Shown: positions 1-10,017 of the stretch, in pieces
How the letters are laid out: every line of letters begins with the position of its first letter
Numbering within the stretch: the stretch's first letter is position 1
Notes under the pieces: generated by a model
What the model was told of the DNA's origin: nothing
Seen by the model: only the letters and a program-made list of their open reading frames with translations
Databases searched by the model: none
Program-made: the position numbers and the translations under genes
Origin: a virus
Lineage: Duplodnaviria > Caudoviricetes
Virus record (IMG/VR): IMGVR_UViG_3300025093_000022
Span: 1 to 61,312 of that record
DNA: 61,312 bases
Direction: 5' to 3' (one strand)

Positions 1-178
1 AAAAAAAGAAAAAGTTAAAGAACAACATCAAGGTAAATCCGTATATAAAATTAATATGGAGGAAGTTAATACTAAGTATGATATTATTAATGTTTTGAAT
101 TTATTTAATAATAGATTTACTTTTATATTAACAGATGAAGAAGCTGAAAAATTTAAACATTATTTAAAGAAGCAGTAA
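1..178 (+). CDS. partial hypothetical protein (5' end outside window)
   Basis: Open frame from base 2 (KKEKVKEQHQGKSVYKINMEEV...HYLKKQ) ends at TAA 176-178, overlapping the next ATG (TAATG). Confidence 0.6.
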   Translation, partial: KKEKVKEQHQGKSVYKINMEEVNTKYDIINVLNLFNNRFTFILTDEEAEKFKHYLKKQ

Positions 179-606
179 TGGCAGAAAAAGACGAAGAAGT
201 GTATACACATGCTAATGGCTTTAATTATAATGTTATTGAGCATGATGATTTAGAATTTAGATTATTTCACTCTATAGACAATGCTAGATTAGAGGGTGAG
301 GAATTTGCTGAATATAAGATAAGACAAAAATATGTTAAGAAATTCCTTAAAGAATCTAAAAAAGGTACGACTATATGGTATTCTAAGAATACAGCAACTA
401 TTACAGATTATAAGATTGCTGACTATCTTGTAGGATTAACTGCTACAACAGAAGATACTAATGAGGATAGTTTGAAGAAAGCTGTATATAATCTTAGAAA
501 TGCTGAAGAGTTAGCACTTAAAACTAATTTAGGTACTTATAATAAAAAGAAGGTTGAAGAAATAGTTAAGAAGCAAAATGAAGATAAAGAAAACAAAGAT
601 AAATAG
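178..606 (+). CDS. hypothetical protein
   Basis: 142-aa ORF, translationally coupled to its neighbours, with typical codon usage. Confidence 0.75.
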   Translation: MAEKDEEVYTHANGFNYNVIEHDDLEFRLFHSIDNARLEGEEFAEYKIRQKYVKKFLKESKKGTTIWYSKNTATITDYKIADYLVGLTATTEDTNEDSLKKAVYNLRNAEELALKTNLGTYNKKKVEEIVKKQNEDKENKDK

Positions 607-859
607 AGGTTATACAGATTTAGAAACTTTACAAGATGAAATCTTTAGGCTCCAGGCGGAAGATTATAGAGATGTTACAGATATAGAGCTTGAGGTGGAG
701 TTGTCTAAGGATGAGTACGCTAAATTCAGTAAAGACTTGGCTGCTTTTGTTGATGTATTTCAAAAATTACCAGAACAAGTTATTGATAATCCTCCAGCAG
801 TAAGAGAGTTTAACTTTACTGGTACAAAAGTAAAAGTAAGAGTAGATGAAGATAGGTAA
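578..859 (+). CDS. hypothetical protein; paralog of 1097..1381; weak resemblance to MCP residues ~296-394
   Basis: Shares a LxxxLSKDEYAKFSKDL / LTLKMTQAEYDSFSDDL segment and a C-terminal FTG-strand with 1097..1381. Confidence 0.7.
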   Translation: MKIKKTKINRGYTDLETLQDEIFRLQAEDYRDVTDIELEVELSKDEYAKFSKDLAAFVDVFQKLPEQVIDNPPAVREFNFTGTKVKVRVDEDR

Positions 860-1100
860 TAAACTAACTCAAGAAGAGTTTAACGATTTTAAGAAGGACT
901 ATAAGAAGTATACTTTTGGTGCTGACTATTACGTCTTTAATGATGATCTTAGATTTGAAAGAAAAGTAGATAGTGATATTCTTTATTGGGAACTTGTATC
1001 TACACATGAATCTAGAGTTAAAGATAGAGAAACAGGTCACCCTAATATACACAGACCTGAACAAAGAAAGTTTAAACGTTATTACGAAGGTAAGTCATGA
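846..1100 (+). CDS. hypothetical protein
   Basis: 84-aa ORF overlapping both neighbours within an operon. Confidence 0.7.
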   Translation: MKIGNKLTQEEFNDFKKDYKKYTFGADYYVFNDDLRFERKVDSDILYWELVSTHESRVKDRETGHPNIHRPEQRKFKRYYEGKS

Positions 1101-1381
1101 CACGAAGACGAAAAATAAAAGCTACTCTTAGATATGAGTATGATGGTAATCTGGAAAAGATGTATCATTTTATGATGCAACGTATTGGTTACGATACATT
1201 AACTTTAAAAATGACTCAAGCTGAATATGATAGCTTTTCAGATGATCTAGACTTTGATGATAGTAACGAAAGTTTTTATGGGTCACATTTTAGACCTACT
1301 ACAGATCAAACAGATAACTGTAACTTACAATGGGTATTTACAGGTAGATTAGAATTTAAAATTAAAATAATAACAGAATAA
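1097..1381 (+). CDS. hypothetical protein; paralog of 578..859
   Basis: ATGA and TAATG overlaps with neighbours; shared EYxxFSxDL and FTG motifs. Confidence 0.7.
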   Translation: MTRRRKIKATLRYEYDGNLEKMYHFMMQRIGYDTLTLKMTQAEYDSFSDDLDFDDSNESFYGSHFRPTTDQTDNCNLQWVFTGRLEFKIKIITE

Positions 1382-1785
1382 TGGAGACAACAAAACCACA
1401 AGTAGTAAGTGATGCTGCAGAGAAGAGTGAAGCAGCTACAATTTTAAAAAACGAACAAACAACTCAGTTTGTAGGTAACGGCAGAGGACAGGTAGCTGAT
1501 GGTTATCCTCTTATTCCAGTAGGTAGTCAAATCTTCCTTAAGTGGAATTTGAAAGAAGATTCTAAAATTATTGTTCAAGATGATAAGGCTAGAAAACCTC
1601 TTAACAACTATTGGGAAGTAGTAGGTATTGGTGCTAAAGTTTCGACAGTTAATATTGGTGATAAAGTGATATTGACTATGAAAGCACAACCTATGTCGTT
1701 TGATACAGAGAACATGGATGATATCCCTAATACTAAGTATCATATTATCTATGAGTTTGATATCTCAGCAATTTGTGATTTTTAA
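1381..1785 (+). CDS. GroES/Cpn10-like co-chaperonin
   Basis: LIPVGSQIFL...SKIIV...EVVGIG...VNIGDKVI...YHIIYEFDISAI follows the GroES pattern (PLxDRV, GIIL mobile loop, VVAVG, VKVGDKV, ExDILA). Confidence 0.75.
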   Translation: METTKPQVVSDAAEKSEAATILKNEQTTQFVGNGRGQVADGYPLIPVGSQIFLKWNLKEDSKIIVQDDKARKPLNNYWEVVGIGAKVSTVNIGDKVILTMKAQPMSFDTENMDDIPNTKYHIIYEFDISAICDF

Positions 1786-1787
1786 TT

Positions 1788-2342
1788 ATGAATTTATTTG
1801 AACTAAAAGATCATACTTTATCTTGGTTACCAGAGACATTATCTCTGAAACCATTTGAAGCTTTATGGAAAAGAGATAAAACAAAGAATAAGCTTACCGC
1901 TACAGGTGAGCTTTCTTTTATTTTCTTTTTTACTGATGGTAGAAGTGATTTTCACAATATCTTAGATGAAGACGAACGTACTAAAGAGATACTTGAACAA
2001 GTAGGGGGGTTACCTGAAAATTGGAAACCAGATGCTAAAGTTATGGCTGCCATTGATTTTTATAGAGAACGTAGTGAGACAGTTAGTAGTAGACTTCTTG
2101 AAGACGCAGAACATGCTGCTAAAAAGATATCTCAATTTTTGAGAAACGTTAATCTTTATGAGCGTGATGAAAAATCAGGCAGACCTGTATACAAACCTAA
2201 CGAAATTGTAACTGCTTTAAAGAGTATACCTACAGTAGTAGATGTACTACAAGAGACTAGAAAGAAAGTTCAAAAAGAGTTACAAGAAAAAGGTAATGCT
2301 AGAGGTTCTGTAGAAAAAGGTACATTTGAAGATGGTATATGA
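1788..2342 (+). CDS. conserved crAss-like protein upstream of terminase (possible small terminase subunit)
   Basis: Helical 184-aa protein (LWKRDKTKNK...ELSFIFF..D.RS) in the position just before terL; the function is inferred from synteny only. Confidence 0.55.
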   Translation: MNLFELKDHTLSWLPETLSLKPFEALWKRDKTKNKLTATGELSFIFFFTDGRSDFHNILDEDERTKEILEQVGGLPENWKPDAKVMAAIDFYRERSETVSSRLLEDAEHAAKKISQFLRNVNLYERDEKSGRPVYKPNEIVTALKSIPTVVDVLQETRKKVQKELQEKGNARGSVEKGTFEDGI

Positions 2343-2464
2343 AGAGGACTATTAAAAAAATTGAAAACTTTACTCCAAAACTTAAAACTAAAATTAGGAC
2401 TACAAATCCTTTTAGTTCTGGTATATCTATAAGAAAAGCTACTAGAAGTAATGATAACCAATAA
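2339..2464 (+). CDS. small basic hypothetical protein (41 aa, not in the ORF track)
   Basis: ATG overlaps the upstream TGA (ATGA); MKRTIKKIENFTPKLKTKIRTTNPFSSGISIRKATRSNDNQ fills the gap to terL. Confidence 0.5.
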   Translation: MKRTIKKIENFTPKLKTKIRTTNPFSSGISIRKATRSNDNQ

Positions 2465-4685
2465 ATTCCAAACAAATATATCAGAAGAGTTATTATCTGG
2501 ACTAGATGCAGAACATAAAGAGATGTTCCATGAGTATCTAGAAAAGATACCTATGATTCAGCGTTTGGTTAAGCCGGATAGAAAATATGCTAAAGATCTA
2601 GACACAGATGATAAAGGTAGAATTATAGTTGATCTAGCTAATCCACACATACTAGAAGATATGGATTACTTTAGAGAAGCAGCTTTAACATTTCAAGAAA
2701 CTGGTAAATATACTAATCTATATCCTAATAGAAACCCACAATCTGAATATGCTAAGTTCTGGAAAGAGGAGAGAAGACGTTGTTTAGAGGGTTATGTTAG
2801 AGAGTCTGATGGTGAGTGGATATCTGGTTATAATTATTTCTATTGGAATTACGCACCTATTATGAAAGTTATTCAAGTTGGTGAAGAGTCAGCTGATGGT
2901 AAAGTTAGATCAGAACGTATACATGATTTTGCTAATCCTTGGGATAGTGATTATTGGTACTTTCATTATATTGAACAAGGTGAACAATCTGGTCAATATG
3001 GTAAAGTATTAAAAACAAGGGGTAGAGGATATTCTTTTAAAGCCGGTGGTATTATGGGTAGAAATGCTGTCCATATCAAAAGAAGTAAATCTTATGCAAT
3101 GGCCTTTGAAAAAGAGTATCTTAATAAAGATGGTCTATTTAATAAAGCAATTGATTCTTTAGATTGGAACGCTAGACATACACCATTCCCTAGATTAAGA
3201 CTTAAAGATTCAGGTGAAAAGATGCATCTGATTTTAGGTTATAAAGATAGTGAGTTAGGTATTGATGCAGGACAGCTATCTGAGCTTATAGGGGTAACAT
3301 TAAAAGATAATCCAGATAAAGCACGTGGTAAGAGGGGTAAGATTATATTATGGGAGGAAGATGGTGTCTTTCCTGGTCTTAAAAAAGCTTGGGGTGTAGC
3401 CCGAATGTCACTTGAAGATGGTCGTAATGTCTTTGGTTATATGTGTTCATTTGGTACTGGTGGTACAGAAGGCGCAGACTTTGAAGCGTCTGAAGAGTTC
3501 TTTTATCATCCGGATGGTTATAATATATTAGGTATTGAAAATGTATACGATATGAATCCATCTGGAACATGTGGTTATTTCATTGCTGAGTATATGAATA
3601 AGTCCAACTGTTATGATGAAAATGGTAATAGTGATGTAATAAAGGCTTTAGTTGAGATATTAGAGGATAGACAAAAAGTAAAGAAAGGTGCATCTGATCC
3701 TAACACTATTATACAGGAGATGGCCGATAGACCTATTACTCCACAAGAAGCAGTAATGCGTAGAGAAGGTAGTTTATTTCCTGTTTATGAATTAAAACAA
3801 AGATTAGGTGAAATTGTAGTTGATAATAAATTATTAGATTCTTCTTGGAAAGGTAAAATGATATCTAATAGTAATGGATTTGCTCATAAAGTTACTACTA
3901 CAGTTAAAGTAATAAATAAGTTTCCACACACAGAACAAAGACCGGGTGGTATTGAAATATTTGACCATCCTGTTACAGATGCTAATGGAGAAATACCTAG
4001 ATGGAGATATATAGCTGGATGTGACCCCGTTGATGATGATGGTTCTGGAACAAACTCATTATTATCTACTTTTATAATGAATACTCTTACCGGAGATATT
4101 GTAGCTGAATATACAGGTAGACCTCAAATAACAGATGATTATTTTGAACAACAAAGACAACTTTTATTATATTATAATGCTACAATGAATTATGAGAATA
4201 ATAAAAAGGGACTTTACGTTTACTACAAACATAAAAACAGCCTCCACCTTCTATGTGAAACCCCGGAGATCCTCCGTGACCAAATGAATATTACTATTAG
4301 TAAAGTAGGTAACAAACGTTTTGGTACACCTGCTAGTAAGTCAGTTAACGTATACGGCTTAGATCTTATTAAGAAATGGCTGTTAAGCGAATCTTTACAT
4401 CAACCTGAGACTAAAGATGATGAAGTAGTTGAAACAGTTCTTAATTTACATAGAATTAGATCTAAACCTTTATTAGAAGAATTAATTGGTTGGCATAGTG
4501 ATGGTAACTTTGACCGTGTATCAGCTTTAGGTATGTTAATGATTTATAGAGAAGATATTTATAAACTAATAACACAAAATAAAAACAACACTGTAGGAAC
4601 TGTAGAAAATGCTGACTTTTGGTTTAGACAGTTTCCCAACATGAAAAATAATATGAGCTATAATAGATACAAGTTTCCTAATTAA
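2451..4685 (+). CDS. terL: terminase large subunit
   Basis: crAss-type Walker A LKTRGRGYSF, Walker B IILWEEDG, motif III FGTGG, RNase H-like nuclease YIAGCDPVD and NFDRVSA. Confidence 0.93.
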   Translation: MITNKFQTNISEELLSGLDAEHKEMFHEYLEKIPMIQRLVKPDRKYAKDLDTDDKGRIIVDLANPHILEDMDYFREAALTFQETGKYTNLYPNRNPQSEYAKFWKEERRRCLEGYVRESDGEWISGYNYFYWNYAPIMKVIQVGEESADGKVRSERIHDFANPWDSDYWYFHYIEQGEQSGQYGKVLKTRGRGYSFKAGGIMGRNAVHIKRSKSYAMAFEKEYLNKDGLFNKAIDSLDWNARHTPFPRLRLKDSGEKMHLILGYKDSELGIDAGQLSELIGVTLKDNPDKARGKRGKIILWEEDGVFPGLKKAWGVARMSLEDGRNVFGYMCSFGTGGTEGADFEASEEFFYHPDGYNILGIENVYDMNPSGTCGYFIAEYMNKSNCYDENGNSDVIKALVEILEDRQKVKKGASDPNTIIQEMADRPITPQEAVMRREGSLFPVYELKQRLGEIVVDNKLLDSSWKGKMISNSNGFAHKVTTTVKVINKFPHTEQRPGGIEIFDHPVTDANGEIPRWRYIAGCDPVDDDGSGTNSLLSTFIMNTLTGDIVAEYTGRPQITDDYFEQQRQLLLYYNATMNYENNKKGLYVYYKHKNSLHLLCETPEILRDQMNITISKVGNKRFGTPASKSVNVYGLDLIKKWLLSESLHQPETKDDEVVETVLNLHRIRSKPLLEELIGWHSDGNFDRVSALGMLMIYREDIYKLITQNKNNTVGTVENADFWFRQFPNMKNNMSYNRYKFPN

Positions 4686-4737
4686 AAACTTGATAAATTA
4701 TATTATTTTTACAAATTATCTAGATTAAACAAACAAT

Positions 4738-7182
4738 ATGTCATATTTAAGTAATACTTCAGCAAATGGTTTTGCTACTTTTCCTAGCCAAAAGTTATCG
4801 GAAAAGAAAAAGACTAAAGAGTGGGTAAAGCGAACTATTAATGCTGCAGAAGACTTAGCTCTATTTAGAGATCCCCTTATCAGACAATCATATAGAAATA
4901 AACAAGTTAATTATGACTTGTATAACGATATATTAGATACTAAAGATATTGAAAGGGTATGTAATCCAATGGGACTAGAGTTAGGTGCTTTTCCAGCTAC
5001 TATGCAAAACTATCCATTAGTGTTACCTAAGATAGATGTACTAATTGGCGAAGAAAGAAAAAGACGTTTTGACTATCAAGTTAGAACTATTAATGATGAA
5101 GCAATTTCAACTGCTGAAAGAGAAAGAAAACAAGAACATAAAAAGTTTATTCTAGCTAAGATCTCTAAAGATGAAGAACCTAATAAAAATGAATTAAAAA
5201 GAGAGATTGAGCAATATCAAAGCTACATGAGTTATGAATGGCAAGATCAACTTTCTCGTAGAGCTAGACATATTGTTAATTACTTATACAAAAAGAACAA
5301 TCTAAAGGAAGTTTTCTCTAGAGGATTTGAAGATGTATTATTAGCTGGTGAAGAAATTTATTGCGTTGATATTGTATCTGGTGAACCTGTTCTTAGAAAA
5401 GTAAATCCACTTAATCTACATACATTAAGATCTGGAGAATCTCCGTGGATCAATGATGCTGATATTATTATTGAAGATGGTTATTACTCTCATGGTCAAA
5501 TTCTAGATGATTTTCATGAAGAACTTACTGATAGTCAAGTTAAATTAATTGAAAATAATTTTGCTACTGAGGGTAGTGAAGGTTTTATCAGTATTGGTGA
5601 AACTGAAGCTTCATTAATGTTGAGAGATACAGATCTTATTGATATTGAAGGTGATATTAGAAATCAATTTGGACATACATATGATTCTGAAGGTAATATC
5701 AGAGTTATGCGTGTTGTTTGGAAATCTAAACGTAAAGTTGGTAAACTTGAATACTTTGATGAAGATGGTAACAAGTTTGAAAAGATTGTAGACGAAAGAT
5801 ATAAAAAGAAACCTGGAGAAAATATTAAATGGGTTTGGATTAACGAGTGGTGGGAAGGTACTCGTATTGGTGGTGGTGGACTAGGTGGTGTAGATAAAAA
5901 AGCCATCTATGTTAAGATGAAAAAAAGACCTATCCAATTTAGAAGTATTCATAATTTATCTAGATGTCATTCTGGTTATGTAGGATTAGCTTATAATACA
6001 AACGTATCAAAAGCTAAATCTTTAATGGACCGAATGAAACCTTACCAATATCTATATAATGTTTTCATGTATAGAACAGAGCTTGCTTTCGCTAAGAGTA
6101 AAGGTAAGATTGGTAGACTAGATAAAGCAGAAATGCCTGATGGTTGGACACCTGAAATCTGGATGCATTACGCTGAGTTAAACGGTTGGTTAGTTGTTGA
6201 CTCTTTTAATGAGGCCAAGAAAGGGGCTGCTCAAGGTAAGTTGGCTGGACAAATGTCTGGTTCTGCAACAGCTATTGATTTAGAAATGGGTAACTATATA
6301 CAACAACATGTATTAATGTTACAGTTTATTGAACAACAACTAGGTCAAATTGCTGGTATTACTAAACAACGTGAAGGGCAAATTGAGTCTAGAGAAACTG
6401 TTAGAGGAGTAGAAAGATCTGTTTCTCAGTCTAATATTATTACAGAGAAGTATTTCGGTTTACATGATATGGTTAAAGTTAAAGCTTTAACTGCATTATT
6501 AGAAACAGCTAAAGTTGCCTGGAAAGGTAAAAAGAAAATATTGTCTTATGTAACAGACGAGTTTACAGAACAAACTTTTACTATTGAAGCAGATGATCCA
6601 GTTATGGATTGTGATGCTGGTGTAGTACTAACATCAGGTCAAAATGATGTAGAACTTATGCAGTCTCTTAAAGAGTTTGCACATGCAGGATTACAAAACG
6701 ATAAAATATCATTTAAAGAATTAATTGATATTTATATGAATCCATCTATTAATGCTACTAGAAGACGACTTGAAGGCGCTGAAGCTAAAAGAGAACAACA
6801 ATTACAAGAGCAACAAGAACAACAAGCTAAAATTAATGAAGCTAACATACAAGCTGCTAAAGAGAAAGATGCTTTAGATAAACAGCATGATATGAATAAG
6901 ATTGATAAAGAGTATGGCTACAAGATGCAAATTGAAGCTATGAAACAAGCAGCCAATTCAGATTTAGATAGAGATCAAGATGATGATGGTATTATTGATG
7001 AAATTGAATATGCTAGAGAGAATACTAAAATCAATATAGCTAAGTTAAAGGCAGAAAGTGATAAGCTAAAATTAGATAAACAACTACAACATGAACGTGT
7101 AGAAAATGCTAAAGATAGATCACATAAAGAAAAGATAGAGAGAATGAAACCTAAACCTACAGCTAATACAGGTAAAAAGTAA
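4738..7182 (+). CDS. portal protein
   Basis: 814 aa directly after terL; crAss portal-like motifs (PSQKL, NYDLYN, KIDVLIGEE, WINEWWEG, SLMDRMKPYQYLYN, GITKQREGQI) and a C-terminal coiled coil. Confidence 0.9.
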   Translation: MSYLSNTSANGFATFPSQKLSEKKKTKEWVKRTINAAEDLALFRDPLIRQSYRNKQVNYDLYNDILDTKDIERVCNPMGLELGAFPATMQNYPLVLPKIDVLIGEERKRRFDYQVRTINDEAISTAERERKQEHKKFILAKISKDEEPNKNELKREIEQYQSYMSYEWQDQLSRRARHIVNYLYKKNNLKEVFSRGFEDVLLAGEEIYCVDIVSGEPVLRKVNPLNLHTLRSGESPWINDADIIIEDGYYSHGQILDDFHEELTDSQVKLIENNFATEGSEGFISIGETEASLMLRDTDLIDIEGDIRNQFGHTYDSEGNIRVMRVVWKSKRKVGKLEYFDEDGNKFEKIVDERYKKKPGENIKWVWINEWWEGTRIGGGGLGGVDKKAIYVKMKKRPIQFRSIHNLSRCHSGYVGLAYNTNVSKAKSLMDRMKPYQYLYNVFMYRTELAFAKSKGKIGRLDKAEMPDGWTPEIWMHYAELNGWLVVDSFNEAKKGAAQGKLAGQMSGSATAIDLEMGNYIQQHVLMLQFIEQQLGQIAGITKQREGQIESRETVRGVERSVSQSNIITEKYFGLHDMVKVKALTALLETAKVAWKGKKKILSYVTDEFTEQTFTIEADDPVMDCDAGVVLTSGQNDVELMQSLKEFAHAGLQNDKISFKELIDIYMNPSINATRRRLEGAEAKREQQLQEQQEQQAKINEANIQAAKEKDALDKQHDMNKIDKEYGYKMQIEAMKQAANSDLDRDQDDDGIIDEIEYARENTKINIAKLKAESDKLKLDKQLQHERVENAKDRSHKEKIERMKPKPTANTGKK

Positions 7183-7198
7183 TAGCTATACATTTAGT
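7179..7198 (+). promoter_or_regulatory. repeated intergenic motif GTAATAGCTATA-CATTTAGT (copy 1)
   Basis: A near-identical copy lies at 12932-12954 (GTAATAGCTATATAACATTTAGT); both overlap a stop codon at the start of a long intergenic gap. Confidence 0.45.
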
Positions 7199-7273
7199 TT
7201 CAAATATAATTTTTTTTATTATAATGTCTAAATTATTTTGTTAATTTGACATCAATTATTTAAAACAAACGTA

Positions 7274-8443
7274 ATGAATAAAGACGGAGACAACGATTTG
7301 TTTAAAGATATCAGCTTTGAAGACGATTTAATTATAGAAGGAGCTGAGACATCTTCAAACACTTCAAACGAACAAACGATAGAAGAAGCAAAAGACGGTA
7401 ATACTGATACTAGTGTGAATAGTAACGAAACTAGTGCTACCGCAGCCCAACCAAACGAGGATGGGTTAATTGAATTTGATGAACCTTCTACCACCGCAGA
7501 GTCGAGTAGTGATGCTTCTGCTAGTGAATCTAGTGATAGTGAAACTAGTGCTTCTTCTTCGTCTCCTTTTTCTTTTATCACTAACGCTCTCGGTGCTGAA
7601 GGCTTTATCGAAGTTAGTGATGATGAGTTAGATGGAGTTGAAGACCATGCAGAGTTTTTAAGAAATAAACTAAACGAAGCTATTGATAAAAAAGTTAAGT
7701 CTGGTTTAAGTGAAAGGAAACTTAAAGCTTTAGAGGCTTTTGAAAAAGGTGTTCCAATGGAAGACTATGTTAATAGTAATGCTAGAGAAACACAATATGC
7801 TAGTATTTCTGCCGAACAAATTGATGAAAATGTTCAACTGCAACAACAACTAATTGCAAGATCTCAACAAGCTAGAGGCTACTCTGAAGAAGAAATTCTA
7901 GATAATCTTAAAACTTACCAAGATGTAGGTGGGGATAAGATGAAAGAAAAAGCTCTTGCTGCTCAAAAACACTTGATAAGTATTGAACAAGATAACAGAG
8001 AGAAAATGTTAGAGCAAGCGGAAGCTGCTAAAAAAGCTCAAGAAGAACAAAGAAAAGATGAGCTTAATAACATTAAAGATTTTGTTACAAAACAAAAAGA
8101 AATTATTCCTGGTTTAGAATTAACAGATTCAACTAAGGATGATATTTATAAGATAATGACTACTCCAACTGGTCAAGATAAAAACGGTAACCCCGTTAAC
8201 GCTATAGGAGCAGTTAGAGATAAAGATCCAAATAGATTTAATATGTTAATGACATATTATTATCATTTAGGTCTGTTTGATGAGAAGCCTAACTTGAGTA
8301 AACTTGAAAAAGTTGCTGAAACAAAAGTATCAAAAGGGTTAGATAACCTTTTACAGGAAGGTACTAGTTTCATGACTCAAAGTGGAGGAACAAAAGATGC
8401 TAATCTAAGATCAGAAGATGATTTCGGATTAGACTTTATTTAA
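7274..8443 (+). CDS. putative capsid scaffolding/assembly protein
   Basis: Acidic, Ser-rich low-complexity N-terminus plus coiled coil; lies between portal and MCP. Confidence 0.6.
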   Translation: MNKDGDNDLFKDISFEDDLIIEGAETSSNTSNEQTIEEAKDGNTDTSVNSNETSATAAQPNEDGLIEFDEPSTTAESSSDASASESSDSETSASSSSPFSFITNALGAEGFIEVSDDELDGVEDHAEFLRNKLNEAIDKKVKSGLSERKLKALEAFEKGVPMEDYVNSNARETQYASISAEQIDENVQLQQQLIARSQQARGYSEEEILDNLKTYQDVGGDKMKEKALAAQKHLISIEQDNREKMLEQAEAAKKAQEEQRKDELNNIKDFVTKQKEIIPGLELTDSTKDDIYKIMTTPTGQDKNGNPVNAIGAVRDKDPNRFNMLMTYYYHLGLFDEKPNLSKLEKVAETKVSKGLDNLLQEGTSFMTQSGGTKDANLRSEDDFGLDFI

Positions 8444-8471
8444 TTAGTAAACTATATAAAAATAAAATAAA

Positions 8472-9950
8472 ATGCCAAAAATTAGTCCGTTTCAAATGAC
8501 CGAAGCTAAGTCTTGGGCTGGATTGACAACTAAAAATCACTTGGGTTCTATTTTTCAAAGCGAGCCGCAAAAAGCTAGTAAACTACTTACTAGAATTGCA
8601 CAAACTAACTTTGGGCTAGACCTAGATACTTATTTAGATCAGTTCTCACCATTGTACTTAGATACTGATGATGACTTTACTTGGGACTTGGTAGGTTCTG
8701 GTAAAAAGAATGTACCTCTAGTTGAAGCTCGTATTAATGATACTGCTTTAGCTGCTACAGATACAGCTGGTTTAAACTTTACTGCTTTTGAACTTGTTTT
8801 CGCAGAGCAATGGTTTACTGACGAGCATGTAATCGTTGGTCACAAGAATGAGAAGTACCAACTTCAAATTCAATCAGATCCAGTTCCAGATGGATCATAT
8901 TGGGTATATACAGTTAAACTTTTAACTGGTGATCCAGATTTGTTTATGCCATATGAAGAGTTAACTGCCGGGACTAGATTCTCAAAAGACTTCTCTTTAG
9001 TTGAGCAAACTCTATCTAAAAAAGGTGGTGGAATTAACTTCACTTCTCCTTTCAAAATGAGAAACGCTTTCTCAATGATTCGTATGCAACATACGACTCC
9101 AGGTAACATGATTAACAGACCACTTATGACAGGTTGGGTTGGAGATCAAGGTAAAAAATATGCTACTTGGACTCAATATGAAGATTACGAGTTTGAAAGA
9201 CAATTTAGAGAAGAGAAAAACAAACTTGTTATGTTCTCAAGAGCTAACAAGAAAGATGATGGTTCTTATCAAAACACTGGTAAATCAGGTCACGTTAAGA
9301 AACAAGGAGCTGGTCTTCGTCAACAAATGGAAGCTGCTAATACAGTAGTTTATTCAACATTTGATATTGACTTCTTACTAGACACATTGTTAGAGCTTTC
9401 AGAAGGAAAACTTCCAACTGATAAGAGAGAGTTCGTAATGATGACTGGTGAAAGAGGAGCTGTTCAATTTCATGAAGCTATTGAGAACTATTCTCAATTG
9501 TTTACTAAAATGAATGACGGTTCAAGAATCTATGGTGCATCTTCAGATAATGGAGCTAAAATGCCTTTAGGTTACGGAGGTCAATTCGTTGAGTACATGG
9601 GACCACAGGGAATCAAAGTTACTCTTAAAGTTCATTCATTATATGATGATAGAGAGAGAAACAAGATTTATCACCCTGATGGTGGTGTAGCTGAATCGTA
9701 CAGATATGACATCATGGATGTTGGTACTTCTGACGGTGAGCCTAACATCAGAAAAGTATACGTTAAAGGTCAAGATGATATCATGGGATATGTACCAGGA
9801 TTTAGAGATCCATTCTCACCAACTGGTTCAAGAGCTAGAATCATGGCTGATCCAACTGACGGTTATACTATTCATAGAGGTTCAATTTGTGGTGTAATGG
9901 TGAAAGATCCATCTAGAACTGCAACGTTGTTACCTAATACTTTAGTGTAA
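8472..9950 (+). CDS. major capsid protein (HK97 fold, crAss-like)
   Basis: 492 aa; WAGLTTKNHLG, GAGLRQQME, TGERGAVQF, HPDGGVAESYRYDIMD are typical of crAss-like MCPs; highly biased codon usage; followed by a terminator. Confidence 0.92.
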   Translation: MPKISPFQMTEAKSWAGLTTKNHLGSIFQSEPQKASKLLTRIAQTNFGLDLDTYLDQFSPLYLDTDDDFTWDLVGSGKKNVPLVEARINDTALAATDTAGLNFTAFELVFAEQWFTDEHVIVGHKNEKYQLQIQSDPVPDGSYWVYTVKLLTGDPDLFMPYEELTAGTRFSKDFSLVEQTLSKKGGGINFTSPFKMRNAFSMIRMQHTTPGNMINRPLMTGWVGDQGKKYATWTQYEDYEFERQFREEKNKLVMFSRANKKDDGSYQNTGKSGHVKKQGAGLRQQMEAANTVVYSTFDIDFLLDTLLELSEGKLPTDKREFVMMTGERGAVQFHEAIENYSQLFTKMNDGSRIYGASSDNGAKMPLGYGGQFVEYMGPQGIKVTLKVHSLYDDRERNKIYHPDGGVAESYRYDIMDVGTSDGEPNIRKVYVKGQDDIMGYVPGFRDPFSPTGSRARIMADPTDGYTIHRGSICGVMVKDPSRTATLLPNTLV

Positions 9951-9966
9951 TATACTATCACACATA

Positions 9967-10005
9967 AATAAAGCTGGTGGGGTAGAAATATCCCGCCAGT
10001 TTATT
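9967..10005 (+). terminator. intrinsic terminator/stem-loop after MCP
   Basis: AATAAAGCTGGTGGGGTA-GAAA-TATCCCGCCAGTTTATT hairpin with a GNRA loop and G-U pairs. Confidence 0.75.
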
Positions 10006-10017
10006 AAATAAATAAAA

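Noticed and set aside
846-1100. Possible resemblance of RETGHPNIHRPEQRKFKRYYE to the terminase segment QETGKYTNLYPNRNPQSEYAKFW
   Set aside because: Too few identities and gaps are needed; not distinguishable from chance by eye.
2451-9950. Introns or inteins in terminase, portal or MCP
   Set aside because: The ORFs are uninterrupted and of ordinary size, with no intein or homing-endonuclease motifs seen.
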